This document shows positions 39,977 to 52,323 of a stretch of 64,000 bases of DNA, piece after piece. How positions within the stretch are numbered: position 1 is the first letter of the stretch; every line of letters begins with the position of its first letter. Under the pieces are notes generated by a model that saw only the letters and a program-made list of their open reading frames with translations, was not told where the DNA came from and searched no databases. The translations under genes and the position numbers were made by a program. This DNA comes from Hydrolagus affinis (taxonomy: Eukaryota): the NCBI GenBank assembly GCA_012026655.1, contig JAAILG010000231.1, positions 1 through 64,000 of the forward strand, given 5' to 3'.

Positions 39977-40240
39977 GGTTCAGCAGCGAAGTAGGCAAAT
40001 TTGCTGAACGGATAAACAGTGTTATGTTAGCGCCGATCTTGTGGACGTACACGTAAGAGAGTGATTGAAGTCCGCCTTAATTGAGTCGAGGCTATAGACC
40101 TGCGAGCGCCTAGCTTTTGTTTGTTGTAGCAAGGCGCCAGGTTTTAGACAGACAGGAGAGGCGGGGCATGGGCACAAACCAGCAAACAATAGAACCAACA
40201 TCTTGCTAAGATAATTAGGTTGCATGCTGATGGCAAGGTA
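39977..40240 (-). promoter_or_regulatory. NKX2-1 5' UTR and proximal promoter
   Basis: The minus-strand block caattaaggcggact...ttacgtgtacgtccacaagatcggcgctaa resembles the mammalian NKX2-1 leader as recalled. FOX-like TGTTTGT/GCAAACA, a GC box GGCGGG, and AGATAA next to TAATTA lie upstream. Confidence 0.65.
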
Positions 40241-43200
40241 AATACTTTCAAGTTTATCTTGCCGGTACATTTCTACTGTATGTCTGTGTGTGTGTTGTGG
40301 AAATATATACTATATATATATATTAAAAAAGCACAATATTTGAAATCATGTCATACATTATCTCTAACGAGTGCGTTAAAGAAAAAGGTTTCATGGCAAC
40401 GTCAAATATAACGTGTGGTTCATCATCTCACTGACTTTTGATATGATTTAGGAATACAATAATTGCACTGTCAGACAGTGTTTTCAATGTGGTTGAATTA
40501 TACTTAATGTTAAAAGTGCACTCTCTACCTTGGAATAACTAAAAACCCAGAGTCAGAGTGGCAGGATAAATGGTCGTTCACATTGTGCCTGTGCTTGATA
40601 TTAATACATAAGGATCATTTCGGTTCAATTCAGGGGCTCTTATTCAGTAGCCAAGAAGTCGTTCAGAAGCAGTAAGGTTCCCGTATGAGTTAACATCATT
40701 CGAGTATAAACCTCTGCCCTGATTATACTTCACTTCACTTCTCCTAGAGAGAGGTGAGATTTCCCCAAGATTTCATGTTAGACTTTTTTTTTCTACCCTT
40801 TTGAATCAGTGAGTTACATTTCCCTTTCATTGCTCAAGCAGGCGTTTACTGAGCTCATCCTTGAAATACACCTTGGCGACTTTAACGTGCACCGTATATT
40901 TTACGGCGTAATAAATGTGATGGGCATAAATCCATCTGACACAAATTGACTCGCGTCCCCAAAAAATCCCGTGACGAATTTGGGTGAGTGTGTCTATATT
41001 TTGTTGTCTATTTTATATATTAATAAAAAAAAATACGCAGAGGTTAATACTCGCATCGTGGATGGGATTCACACGCTTCTTTCTACATCAAGCATATTTA
41101 AAATAGACTTTTACCAATAGTTCGCAAAGATGGTGAGTATCGAGAACAAAAACCAGAAACGTTTAACTTATGTGGTTCGAAATGATAGCGTTACATTCAA
41201 ACCGCTAACTGTACAGATTATTTATATTGACACAAATAGATAATTGTTCACCGTATTTTATATCCGCTGTTGATTGCATTAGCTGATGTTGGTATTAACT
41301 TCTACCGCAGTGAACCTTTTCCAAATCACTAGTTTATACATTTTGAAAATCGTGTATATTTTAAAAATCATGGTCTCACAGTTTAAACATTCACATCACT
41401 TGTATCAACTCTAGTGTGAAATAAACATCTTCGTGTTGTAACATGTTTGCCTTCTATTTGTTTTTATTCTTATTAGTGGCTGACAGACCGCCCTTACTTG
41501 TATCACAGCAAGGCCATTAGCCCTGTTTGAGGTGGGGCTGGGATAACTGACAGTAGATGGATAATGTTCCACCCACCTTCAATGCTATTTGCCAAACCCA
41601 TACGGTACAGCTGTGAGGTGGGTACTGTATTATAAAGCGAAGTGTATTTGGTGATCGAACACTGAGTCAAACTCCAATAACATAGGAATAATCTACTTTG
41701 ATTTAATCTATTGAATCTGAATGCCACCATCTGCATTACTGGTTGGCGGATGTGAAGCTGAACGCTGTGCAGAACGTTTCTGCAGAGCTGGATTGTCGAC
41801 ACCATAATGTTTAAAAATCGTTTCTTCCTCGCCAACTCTAACGTGTTTTGTTACCTGTTGCGGTGAAGCAGCTGTGCATTACTGCAAAACAAAATAATAC
41901 ACGCGATCTTACCCTTCATCATTGACCACATTCTCTGCTCTGGAAGCTACGTGCTAACTGAGGAGGGATGGAGCGCAAATGTGCAGGTTTCTTACAATCC
42001 TGTGTTGAGAATAGCGCAGTCCTCTCCATGTTTATGTGCGCACTTCACAGAGGCTAGATGGAGATTCTCAATAGCTTCTGACCTGACACAATCCATTTGA
42101 TAACACTCAGTATGTAGTACACGGCTAGATATTGTCAATCAAACGGTCCCCACCAACTCAGTCACAAACCAAACCAGAACACAGAGGCGCCACAAACTGT
42201 GGTGAGGTCGCATTTCTTCATAAACAATACAATTCTGCACAAACAAATGCCACCAAAATTTGACAATTGATTTGACGACCATGGCTTTTTTGCTTGTTCA
42301 AACTATAAATTTAAATATTTAAAAGTTAGGACTATTTACTACTGTATTGTAAAGCACAACCACGCATTTCACTCAAAACTTGCCTTTGGGACTATTTTGA
42401 GTATTTTCACTCTTTCAAGATACACTTCAGGTTTATAAGGGTTTTAACATTGACAAAATGTTCTTTGTGGAGCTAAATTAATAGATTATAATCTGAAAAT
42501 AAGAGGCTGTTGAGTGATGATTTAGTGTAATTCAAAACTTTTACGTTATTATGAAGAAAATAATAATACTTCAATTCGTTTCTGTAGAAGAAGGTTAGAT
42601 TGTAGTCAAATTCATCTAAATTACATCTTAGTCTATGAATTGATGCATAGATACATAGTCTTTTTTTTAAAAAAAAGGTTAGATGCGTTCAGTCTAACTG
42701 GCGTTATTGTAGTTAAAAATAATTATTGAAGCATATCAAACTGCTATGTTAATGTAAGCAAAACGACGTTGCTTGTGACTTGTTACAAAAAACAAATTCT
42801 TGTGTGTTGCAGCTTTTTCTTCCTCTTGTGCCACAAGAGCAAATGAGAGTTCCTTTTATTTCAGCGGTTTAATCTTAAATTGCAGGAAATAGATGCCAAC
42901 ACTTTAATTGTGAATTATTAACTCATGTTGAAAGTTAAATTGCCCCATTGATTCCTGTGATATTTTGATCATATTTTAATAATACTCAATTATTGACTTT
43001 TCGTGCGAAGCTTTCCCTAAATGGTTATCCTAGGGAGTGAGATTCCAAATATGGAAATATGTAATCAGGGCAAAACTGCCTAATAAAATTATGTTTCAAT
43101 TAATATAATAATCTGATTAGGTATGCGAATGATTTATGTTTTCGTCTCGCAAGAAGATGCAAACTTCAATAAAACAATCACCGTATTGTGATAAGATTTA

Positions 43201-43380
43201 CTTATCAAAACTATTTAGTAACAAAACACAACGATAGCTTTAAACTTTATCATTTGCGACCTAATGATGGCAGCTCCTCATAAATCACCTGTTACTGTTG
43301 TGATATTCTGATTATTATTACTATTACTTCTAAATCTTGACGCACTCATTATTAATTTGCTTTTCTGAATGTAATAATAC

Positions 43381-43561
43381 TAATAATACTCTTTGCATTT
43401 GATTCAGCGCTTTTCACGTCTTCTAAAAGTGTAATATGAATATGAATTGACTGCATATTTGTTGGCGAAATGCGGCAGCCAATTGCGCACAGCAGTGTAC
43501 CACAAACAGTCGTGGATTGAGTGACCAAATTATTATTTTTTCTTGAGGGATTATTTTCAGG
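43381..43561 (-). mobile_element. SINE family A 3' half with internal deletion
   Basis: ctttgcatttgattcagcgcttttcacgtcttcta...ggcgaaatgcggcagccaattgcgcacagcagtgtaccacaaacagtcgtggattgagtgacc. Confidence 0.82.
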
Positions 43562-46500
43562 TCAAATAGGTAATACAATAGAACAAAGATTGTTCAATGC
43601 AAATGACTGAAGATCATATATTGGAACAGTATGTTTGACTCCGGAATGTGTTTTGCGCATATCCGAAGCTATTGTGGCTTGTTAAATAAAATCACAACTT
43701 TTAGAAGTGTGACCATAGAAGCCATAATATCACCGAGTTGAGTATTATGGTGTTGCTTTTACGCCGATGCTAAATACCGATCACCAATGTTTGAAAGTGT
43801 TACTCAAATGTCCAAAACTATCAACCTCGATTCAAACAACGTTGACGTGGGACTGCGAAAGAAAGTAATCTGATTGTGACCAATTCTTGAAATAATTACA
43901 GAAAACCTGTAAAAACATTTGCTTGGTGTTTGTCGCCAGAGAGAAGAATCAACAAGCAACCGAAGTGCAGCCCAATAGATATTAAACACGATTGCAGCAG
44001 AGTTTCCGAATCAGAGCACGTTCTACTTTGGGACTTTGTGATTCCCAGCATCCCAGCAACAATTAGTAACACTGCAGTAGGTCGATCGCCAGAGAGGTGT
44101 GTGCCTCAGAGAGACTTCATTTAATAGAAACCGAGCGTGAACAGCGGCCTCTATTGATGGTTTTACTTACAGGTTCGGAAATAGAGAAAAATGATTACCT
44201 GAATTCAAACCCCTTTCCAATGACACATTTTACGACTCCGATTCACACTTCTGTCAAACCAGCAAGTATGGAGGAGGGAGGTAGGTGCGGTGAAAGGGAG
44301 GTGGGGGAGGGGGGTGGTGTGTGTGTGGGGGGGAGGGGTCATAGGGTATGAGCTTAGAGAGGTTCAACTCAATACACGTTACCTTTTTTTTAATGTCTGA
44401 CCAACTCTTGGATTGTTAAACATGTTCTATAGTACCGCTCACTGCTTGGTCCAATAATGTTTGGGGCGATTCACTCAGTTCTCCTGAGGATTCTTCGTCG
44501 TTGGTTGAAATACTGCATAATGTCTGTCAACGACCCCGACAAAGTACACCACACTTAGCTTCAGTTTCAACGGGTCTCGGATAATGCGGGCATAGCATAC
44601 AATACACACCTAGCTCCTGTTTGATTCCATCGGTCACATTTTTGTGTTACTTATGTCAAATCACTCGGTTAGAAACAATATTTTTAAAAAAAAGACAACC
44701 ATCATGTTCCCCTTTTTGTTGGGTTAAGTGTTAGGTTTGTACATTTGTCATCTATATTGAATTAATCAATATATCTCGAATCATTGCATCCAGCTTCTCG
44801 CTCTTCTGCTACAACATTTCAAAACATTCCCTTGAAGCAAATTTGTGTGTTGCTGAAATAAATCGCGTTACAATTTTAAATGCAAGCTCCTTGTCCGCTA
44901 TGAATGTTTAGTATCTGATACTCAAGGAAGAATATTCTTTTAAAAAAAAGCACCCGATAAATGGTGCAACAATGAAACAAGCGACAATATCACATCACAA
45001 TAATGAACCTCAGCTGATCGATATAACGCTAATGTGTTGGATGAACCAGAATTATTTTGATTGAGACGATGCCAACACTATAGTAACTGTTATAGAACAC
45101 AGAATGTGATGATCATTATCATACCACAGAGAATTAAGCAACCACCCCCAGTTAATCTGGTAAATTTTGTAGGGTCTTTTCAAATAAACTCTAGATTTGA
45201 TGGCTCCTTATTTCGTCCTCCATTGCGAGGTGTGGTAGTTATTTCATAAATATTTAACATTTCAAAGTATCTTGATATTTCAGTGAAAAGATTTCTGAAA
45301 CACAGAACCCCACAAATTCTCATATGTTAAACGTGACTGGGGGTCAGAGTTAAAAAAAAACTTGCCTTGTAAATCTCCTAGAAAAATATTGGAAACAAAG
45401 ATTGGGAATGAACATCAGTGGATTTACAATGATTTCTGCATGGAAAAAATAATTCCTTTAGAACTGTACGTCAATCTGAAGACATGATAGATTTCACCGC
45501 TGATTATTATTTCAACTCAGTTGCAACAACAAGAGCCCTCCCGAAGTGAAAGGCGCTACATAAATCCAATTTATTGTTCTTTTTATTCTCTTTGGAGTGT
45601 ATCAAGGTTGTGCAACAATTTCGTTTTATCTACGTATATGCAATTGAAACATTGTATTCCATAAAAATACCAATTTACAGAAACGAAGTGCAAAAATCAA
45701 TGTATGCTTTAAATAAAAAGGGGAATAACTTTAATGGGGGTTACCGTAAAATGGTATGACCACCTTCCCAAACATAGCTTCGGAGTGATTTCCATTCAGT
45801 TCAAATGCTTCAAATAATTTCGCACAACGACATGAACAAAACCCTCCAATCGACCGCTGCTTTGCATATTTCTCAAACGGAGCCTTGAGCAAAGAGTCTC
45901 AGTGACAAATATTTTAGATTCTGGTAAGCTTGGCTTGTGGGCAAGAAACCATCCGAATGCAATTAACAGACAGGAGACTCCAGTGACTTTGCTGTAGAAT
46001 CCTGATTCGGACAAGAATGAGTTTATAACTAATTTTGCTATTATATCTTTGATGGTATTCTATTTTCGGGATAGTCTTCCTGTTGTTTGATACATTTCCT
46101 GTGATTTATTAAGCGTTAATATTAAACAATAAATGTATTTTTTTTTAAACAGACAGCACGTGGCCAGTCATAAGTGTATACACGACACATGCAACAGTTT
46201 ACATTCATTTTTTTTTAAAAAAGATTACACATTTTCCAGTGTGTGGAAAAAAAACCGAACTGGATTCAATTAAGTGCACATTCCTGTTATGTGATATGAA
46301 AGAATCAAAAAGTTTGAGTAAATGATTAAACCTTTACACTTGCTTCAACCCTGTGTTACAGGTGGATCACTTGAGGTAGAGGGACAGATTGAAATTTACA
46401 GGACAACGAACATATGGATCCAATGCCAAGCCGCTTCAGAATATTCATCTCCAATTCTGAAATGGTTGACCTTTCAGTGGTAGTATTAAGTATTTACTGA

Positions 46501-47275
46501 AATATTTAAATGCCAGTGTGCAGTAGATACACTGCTTTACTTTACCAGTGTGATTTTGCTCATCCGTTTAGAAGAAGCACAAAACACGTCAGACTGTGCA
46601 GTGTTTGGTCCAACCCATCATTTGACTCTGGTACTCCAAGCCTGCTCAGTGGCGCCCCTTCCCGGCGGAGGTGAAAAGTATTGAGAGCGAAAATAAGCAC
46701 TGACTTCAAAACCATGATCGAATGAATACCTGATCTGCCTTAATTGTTACAGTGTTTGTTAAATGGTTTTATGATCTTTGCTCGAATACGTTAGTCGAAA
46801 TACGTCGTTTATGTCCTGCACGAAATATCCGTGTATATCTTATTCGTTACATTTTGTTTTAGAAAAATACCTGTTCTGCGATTAAGAATCGAGTCTGTGT
46901 TGCTCGTACTTTGTCGACTTCATCTGTGCACCAAACTACGAATCTAAAAATCTATAAACACTAAAAGAAAACATTCGGGGGTAGATCTAGTGCCGCACAT
47001 GCGGTTGAATGCTGCCCTGCACAACAATTGTTTCAAACCACAAGCAAAAAAACCCCAATGCAAACTATTCGGTTATACAGTAACCTGCGATCATGTTTCA
47101 CAAAGGGTCGCTCCTTTTAACTCTATCTAACCGCAGGTTACAAAACGACGCGGGGTTCCTTCGGTCTCCATTTCTCATTTACAGAATAATTTCAGTTAAC
47201 ATTCACTGATAGTGGGAACCGTTCCAGTGGAAGAGTTGACGCTCAGTGTTTGTGCTGTTTATTGCTCTCCGTGAT

Positions 47276-47320
47276 TGTGTGTGTGTGTGTGTGTGTGGGG
47301 GGGGTGGTGGGGGGGGGGTG
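47276..47320. repeat. (TG)n microsatellite followed by G-runs
   Basis: Direct reading. Confidence 0.9.
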
Positions 47321-47554
47321 TAATGTCAATCCATTCTCCATCTGCCCACCTCCCCATGTGCCGATGCACAGTATTGATCGTGCAGGTAGATGTTAAAGTG
47401 TCCGTGCAGATAGGCTAAAGTGGGTCTCCTTTATTTGGTGCTCTAGTTTTCTCTAAAATATCGATCAGCTACCAGAATGCAGAAAGGTGTTTATTCAGCT
47501 GTATCTCTCTCCCAGTGACACAGTGTTCATCACCCAGCGAGCCTTCGTACAATG

Positions 47555-47739
47555 CCATTACAGTAAATTTGGCTGCCGCGTTTCGCCCACAAATATAATT
47601 TTCCTACTTTTCTTCGTCCTGCCCCGACTCCTCCCCCGCTGCTCTTGTCCTTACCTGACTGTACAGCGCCTTGGGACGTCCTCTCGACGTGAAAGGCGCT
47701 TAATAAATGTAAGATTTGTTGTTGTTTGTTGTTGTTGTT
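47555..47739 (+). mobile_element. Deu-like fragment joined to an L2-type (GTT)n tail
   Basis: aatttggctgccgcgtttcgcccacaaa, then a pyrimidine-rich segment, then cagcgccttgggacgtcctctcgacgtgaaaggcgcttaataaatgtaagatttgttgttg. Confidence 0.7.
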
Positions 47740-47912
47740 AATGCTGCCTCACTTGTAATCTGTCAAACACTATTACGTTGCAGTTTGAGTTTCAGTGTGG
47801 GGTTCAGGTAATTTCCACACAAATAGAATAGACTTATAGGACCATAGATGCACCATGATTTAACTTTGGCCTGAAAGTGCATGAAAAGGTGGTTCCCTGA
47901 GCAATCTCAGGT

Positions 47913-48208
47913 TGTGGAGTCCTGTATCTCAGTGGTTAGAACACTCGCCTTACAAGCGAGAGACCTGGGTTCGATTTCATACATGGTTGAAATCTTGGGC
48001 AAGTTTTCTTACTCCACACTCCAGATAATAATCCCTAAAAAAGAAACAATAATGAATTGGTCATTTCAACGCATGACTGTTTGTGGGACACTGCTGTGCG
48101 GAATTGCATTTTGCCCCAAAATACAGTCAATTCACTTTACAGTCTGTGAAGCGCTTTGAGACGCCTAGAAGACGTGAAAAGTGCTATATCAAATGCAAGG
48201 ATCATCAC
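47913..48208 (+). mobile_element. tRNA-derived SINE family A with internal deletion
   Basis: tgtggagtcctgtatctcagtggttagaacactcgccttacaagcgagagacctgggttcgatt (A and B boxes), ending gcgctttgagacgcctagaagacgtgaaaagtgctatatcaaatgcaagg. Confidence 0.88.
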
Positions 48209-50705
48209 TACACTCCCAACATTGGCACGCGGAAATTCCTGTGTGTGGGTGGTTTACAAATGCCGAACTCTGTGTTTTTTTGGATACTCACAATTACCAT
48301 TACTGTACGCTAACGTAGGAACGCACTTGTAGTTTTAGGTCAAATTAGTTAACTTACTATCAAATGAAATGGAGGAAAGTATACGTTGACACTAACGCCA
48401 ATGCATGGTAGCTCAGCACGGGATAAGGAATGCACTAATGAAATCACATTTGTAATAGCGCCTGCCACATCAGAAGATCGTCAAATCCTGCTTACAGATG
48501 AGGTTGTCAGATAGTTAGGTGAACCAAAGGGAATTGAGTGGGTACCATTCTCACACGCCCTCTAGAGCATAGTCTGTGTAAAAAAAAACGGTGGCTGCAG
48601 ACCTCGAATAAACCAGCCAAACAGAAACCTTCACTATTCAGCAAGTCAACCCTGATTGAATCAGGTAAAATAGAACAGGCTAACTCCACTCACCAACGTA
48701 GCGAACAAGTTGTGTTCACTTAGAATGTTATCCCTGCTCAGTTAGTAGTATACTGACTGGCCTCTGAGTTAAAAGATTGTGGTTTGATGTCCGAGATTGG
48801 GATTTTGAACTCCCAGTCCAGGCTGACACACCAAAACAGTACATTTCTCGCTCACAAATACTCGGTCATTACAATTACAATAACGCCTGCCAAGCGCTTT
48901 GGCTAAGTGATAAGGTGCTATATAAAATGCAAGGATTATTATATTATTACTGTTCTGCTTCCTCCATTCGTCAGTTTCATGATTTATAATTTTTTTTAAT
49001 TGTGTCTGGGTTTACGACAGTGGTAATTAGTTCTATTCGTGACATTCAAACTGGAAATGGGAGGGCTTGGCAATGGGTAATAGACAAAAACACCTCATGA
49101 ACAGTGAGCTATTTCATTCTAAAACCTTTACCATTCCTTGAATTTGAATCTTTAGAGGCCATTATAATTTCCTGTTACAGTGCGATCAATAGAACAATGT
49201 TTTTCATTCATGCTGTAAGATCACTACTATGTCTGGGACAAGCCTAGCAGTGACCTGTAATCTCCAAACAGTTAATTGGCACTTCAGGAAGAGAAGGGCC
49301 GATTACAACCGGTACTAAGCATTTATGTGATATTTGCCTTCACTATATACGTTTATAAACACGTACAGATATCTTCTCAGACTCTCTGAGATCATATATA
49401 TTTTTGTCATTCTGAATTGCTAGCCCTGATGTTACATTAGTTTCGTGGAATTATGAATATATTAGAAGTAAACAATTTTCTATCGTTTTCATATTTTGAA
49501 AATGTTGGGAATTTTGTGAACATTTACAAATATATATCTTAAAAGGAAAAAAATGGACCAGTACTAGTAAGGTTGCAGAATAATCAATGGCATAAAAGAC
49601 AAATGAACTATGAAAGTACAGGAATATGGACAATATATTTAAATAGAAGATATTTCAAATAAAGTATTTGTTAACAAACCATGCGTTTATTTGTTATTGA
49701 ATGTTATTGAGTGAAATGCCATAAAGTAGACATATTCTGGAGCAATTACATATTCAATAATTAAAACATAGTATAATATTGAATCGATTAGAATCAGCAA
49801 TGCATTAACATGGTATATATACATATGCAAGTATACTGGCTAAATAAAGATGGGCTTAATAAATGGTATTTATAATGATTTAAGCTTCTTCCCCAATTCA
49901 TTAAGTACAGAAAGGTACATTTTCTTAGCTATTAAAGGAAATCTGTTGAATTAATTTCAGAATGCTGTTCTGAAATACCTGCTTATTTTTATTCTCCACT
50001 AATTTCAATGACTTGATTTAATTAATACAGTGTATGGCGGGACAGTATTGGTGGATGTGCTGCTATTAAGATGAGACCTTTAACCGCCTGCTGAGGTGGA
50101 CGTAAAAGATCCAACTACACAAGTAGATATGAATGCACCTCCTTCTTAAAAAGTGACCATATACAAGCTTAGACTGATTAGAATTTCTATATAACTTCAT
50201 TGAGGTGTATTAATTTGCTGATTTCAGGATTTCACTAACCATGGCTAATTATTTCCACCAAGTCCTTTTCTGTCCAGGTAATGAGGTCAATTAGCTTCCA
50301 TTGACAATGGCAGCTTCCTTTCGAGTTGATTTAAAAATATCCTTTCCTTTGTCAACAATGGTGACCAAACGGCGAACGGTCAATATTTCTTGTGCTTATT
50401 TCGAAGATGGAGGTTCGGTCTTTAGGAAAGCTTCATCAAATAAATTATAGAAAGTGTACTTGTACTTCAATTAACATGTTAATATAGTGACTATGCACTT
50501 TTTAAAAATACCCACTGTACAGCTCAATTGAACGTGTTTGACTTTACCAAACGATCTATTTTGAATCTAACCACGTATATTCTAAATCCCCGATTTCACA
50601 AAAGTATCATGTTGGTGACCAGAATTTGACAAGCATTTGAATTTTATAACCGGGATATATTTTTTGAACTATAAATGAATTAAAACAAAGTGTTCCTTTT
50701 TTATT

Positions 50706-50763
50706 GTGTGTGTGTACACACACACACACACATATATATATATATGCACACATATACACACAC
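50706..50763. repeat. Compound (TG)/(CA)/(TA) microsatellite
   Basis: Direct reading. Confidence 0.9.
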
Positions 50764-51339
50764 AATAAAGGAGCACCCATTACTGTCATTTCTGCCATTC
50801 AATTTCTAATAACACATGGTAGGTAGACTGCTAAATTAGCTGCAGAATCATAACCAGATTATGGTGTAAATTTAAATTGTGTCGAAATATACGAGCCTCA
50901 TTTAACGCGAAGATCTTAGAGTTTACTGAAGCAGTAAGCATTTGCCCCAATCTAAGCAATGTCCCAGAGATGAAAATATAATATGCAATTATGCCATCAC
51001 GTTCTTCCCCAAATATTCCAACTATTCAGGATCTAAGAATAGACTGATAACCTACGTTTCTACTAACTTAATGGTTTTCTCAAAAGATACAGGTAAAGAA
51101 AACGGTCAATGGATAAATAACTTGGTCAAAACTTTGCTTCATTCACAACTGGAATCCCACTTCTTTAGAAAAATCGTATTAGTCACTGTTGTGCGTTTTT
51201 TGAGAGGTCACACACAGAGCAATGCGAAGATCTCAAACTACCATTTTATTAGTTAATAACATAGTAGAGAAAATATGTAGTATGGTTGCAATGGTCCCCA
51301 CAACGCAGGTCAAACACATTCACTCAGCTTCTCACAAGA

Positions 51340-52120
51340 TACACGAGGAGAAACGACATTCACTATTAATGGCAATTGAAGGTTAGTGCATCGATCCTAA
51401 ACAAAAGTATCTACTGTATGATTGAGTTTGTACGTTATATAATGAGTGATACCTTTAGCCAATGTAGGGCAGAAACAACTGGTGCTTGTTGGGCAGTTTC
51501 TGGACACATCTCCACAGGGTCAAGTCACGATGACAAAAGGCAACCGAGGCATCGACAAGTACAGCAAAAAATTCAACAAATCAACACAGATAGCCTGTAA
51601 CCCATTCATGACAGCACACTTGAACATTGCGTGGATACATAGAAAACAGCGAAGGCAGAGGGAACAGTTTTAAGGACACCAGGGAGGATTCCAGGAGGAA
51701 GATCGGCAAACTTTACAAAAAGGCTGGACTCGACCAATTCACTCCTACAATGGAAATGAATGAACTGTTCACGAAATTACGAAACGAAGCAAGCTGCAGG
51801 AAAGTCATCAGCGAGGAAGCAGAAGCATGGTCGCTAAGGCTGAAACATTCGCAACCAAGAAATCACACAAGGGAAATTAGAGTTAATAGGTCATTTCTTC
51901 ATCCAAGTAGTGAACAGGCTATCCCAAGCACCATGAATTCAGGGCATATAAAGACTGAAGAGGCAGCTGGCCGGGTTCCTGGCTGTGGACGAAGTGCAGA
52001 CAGACTGACTCGCATCTGGGGTGAGATGATAATAGGAACATCGAACACAAATCCTTAAACAGTCTTCCCGACCGAGTGTAACGGGCAGGATAGTCTTGAA
52101 TTTCCTGATCTCTTAGAACG
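51340..52120 (+). mobile_element. Possible highly decayed CR1-like LINE 3' end
   Basis: Purine-rich, coding-like stretch with several overlapping short ORFs. It has weak echoes of the CR1 C-terminus (cagtttctgg = QFW-like, QVQQK, EGRG, and aggcagctggccgggttcctgg = K-LD-FL-like). Confidence 0.4.
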
Positions 52121-52263
52121 GTATGTATCTGTAGGGCACCTTGTTTTCTCTCTCACTCTGCATTATGCCATTTTGATTTATTGACTGAATAGGTAAACTC
52201 TATCTTTGGTGTTCGAGGGCGGTGTGTGTGTGTGGGGTGTGTGTGTGTATATATATATATACA

Positions 52264-52323
52264 CATTGTCCTGATTGTTTTCTACTTTTGTTATAACAAA
52301 AGTAGAAAACAATCAGGACAATG
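52264..52323. repeat. Perfect 60-bp palindrome with no spacer
   Basis: cattgtcctgattgttttctacttttgtta|taacaaaagtagaaaacaatcaggacaatg; 30/30 complementary, checked base by base. Confidence 0.97.
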
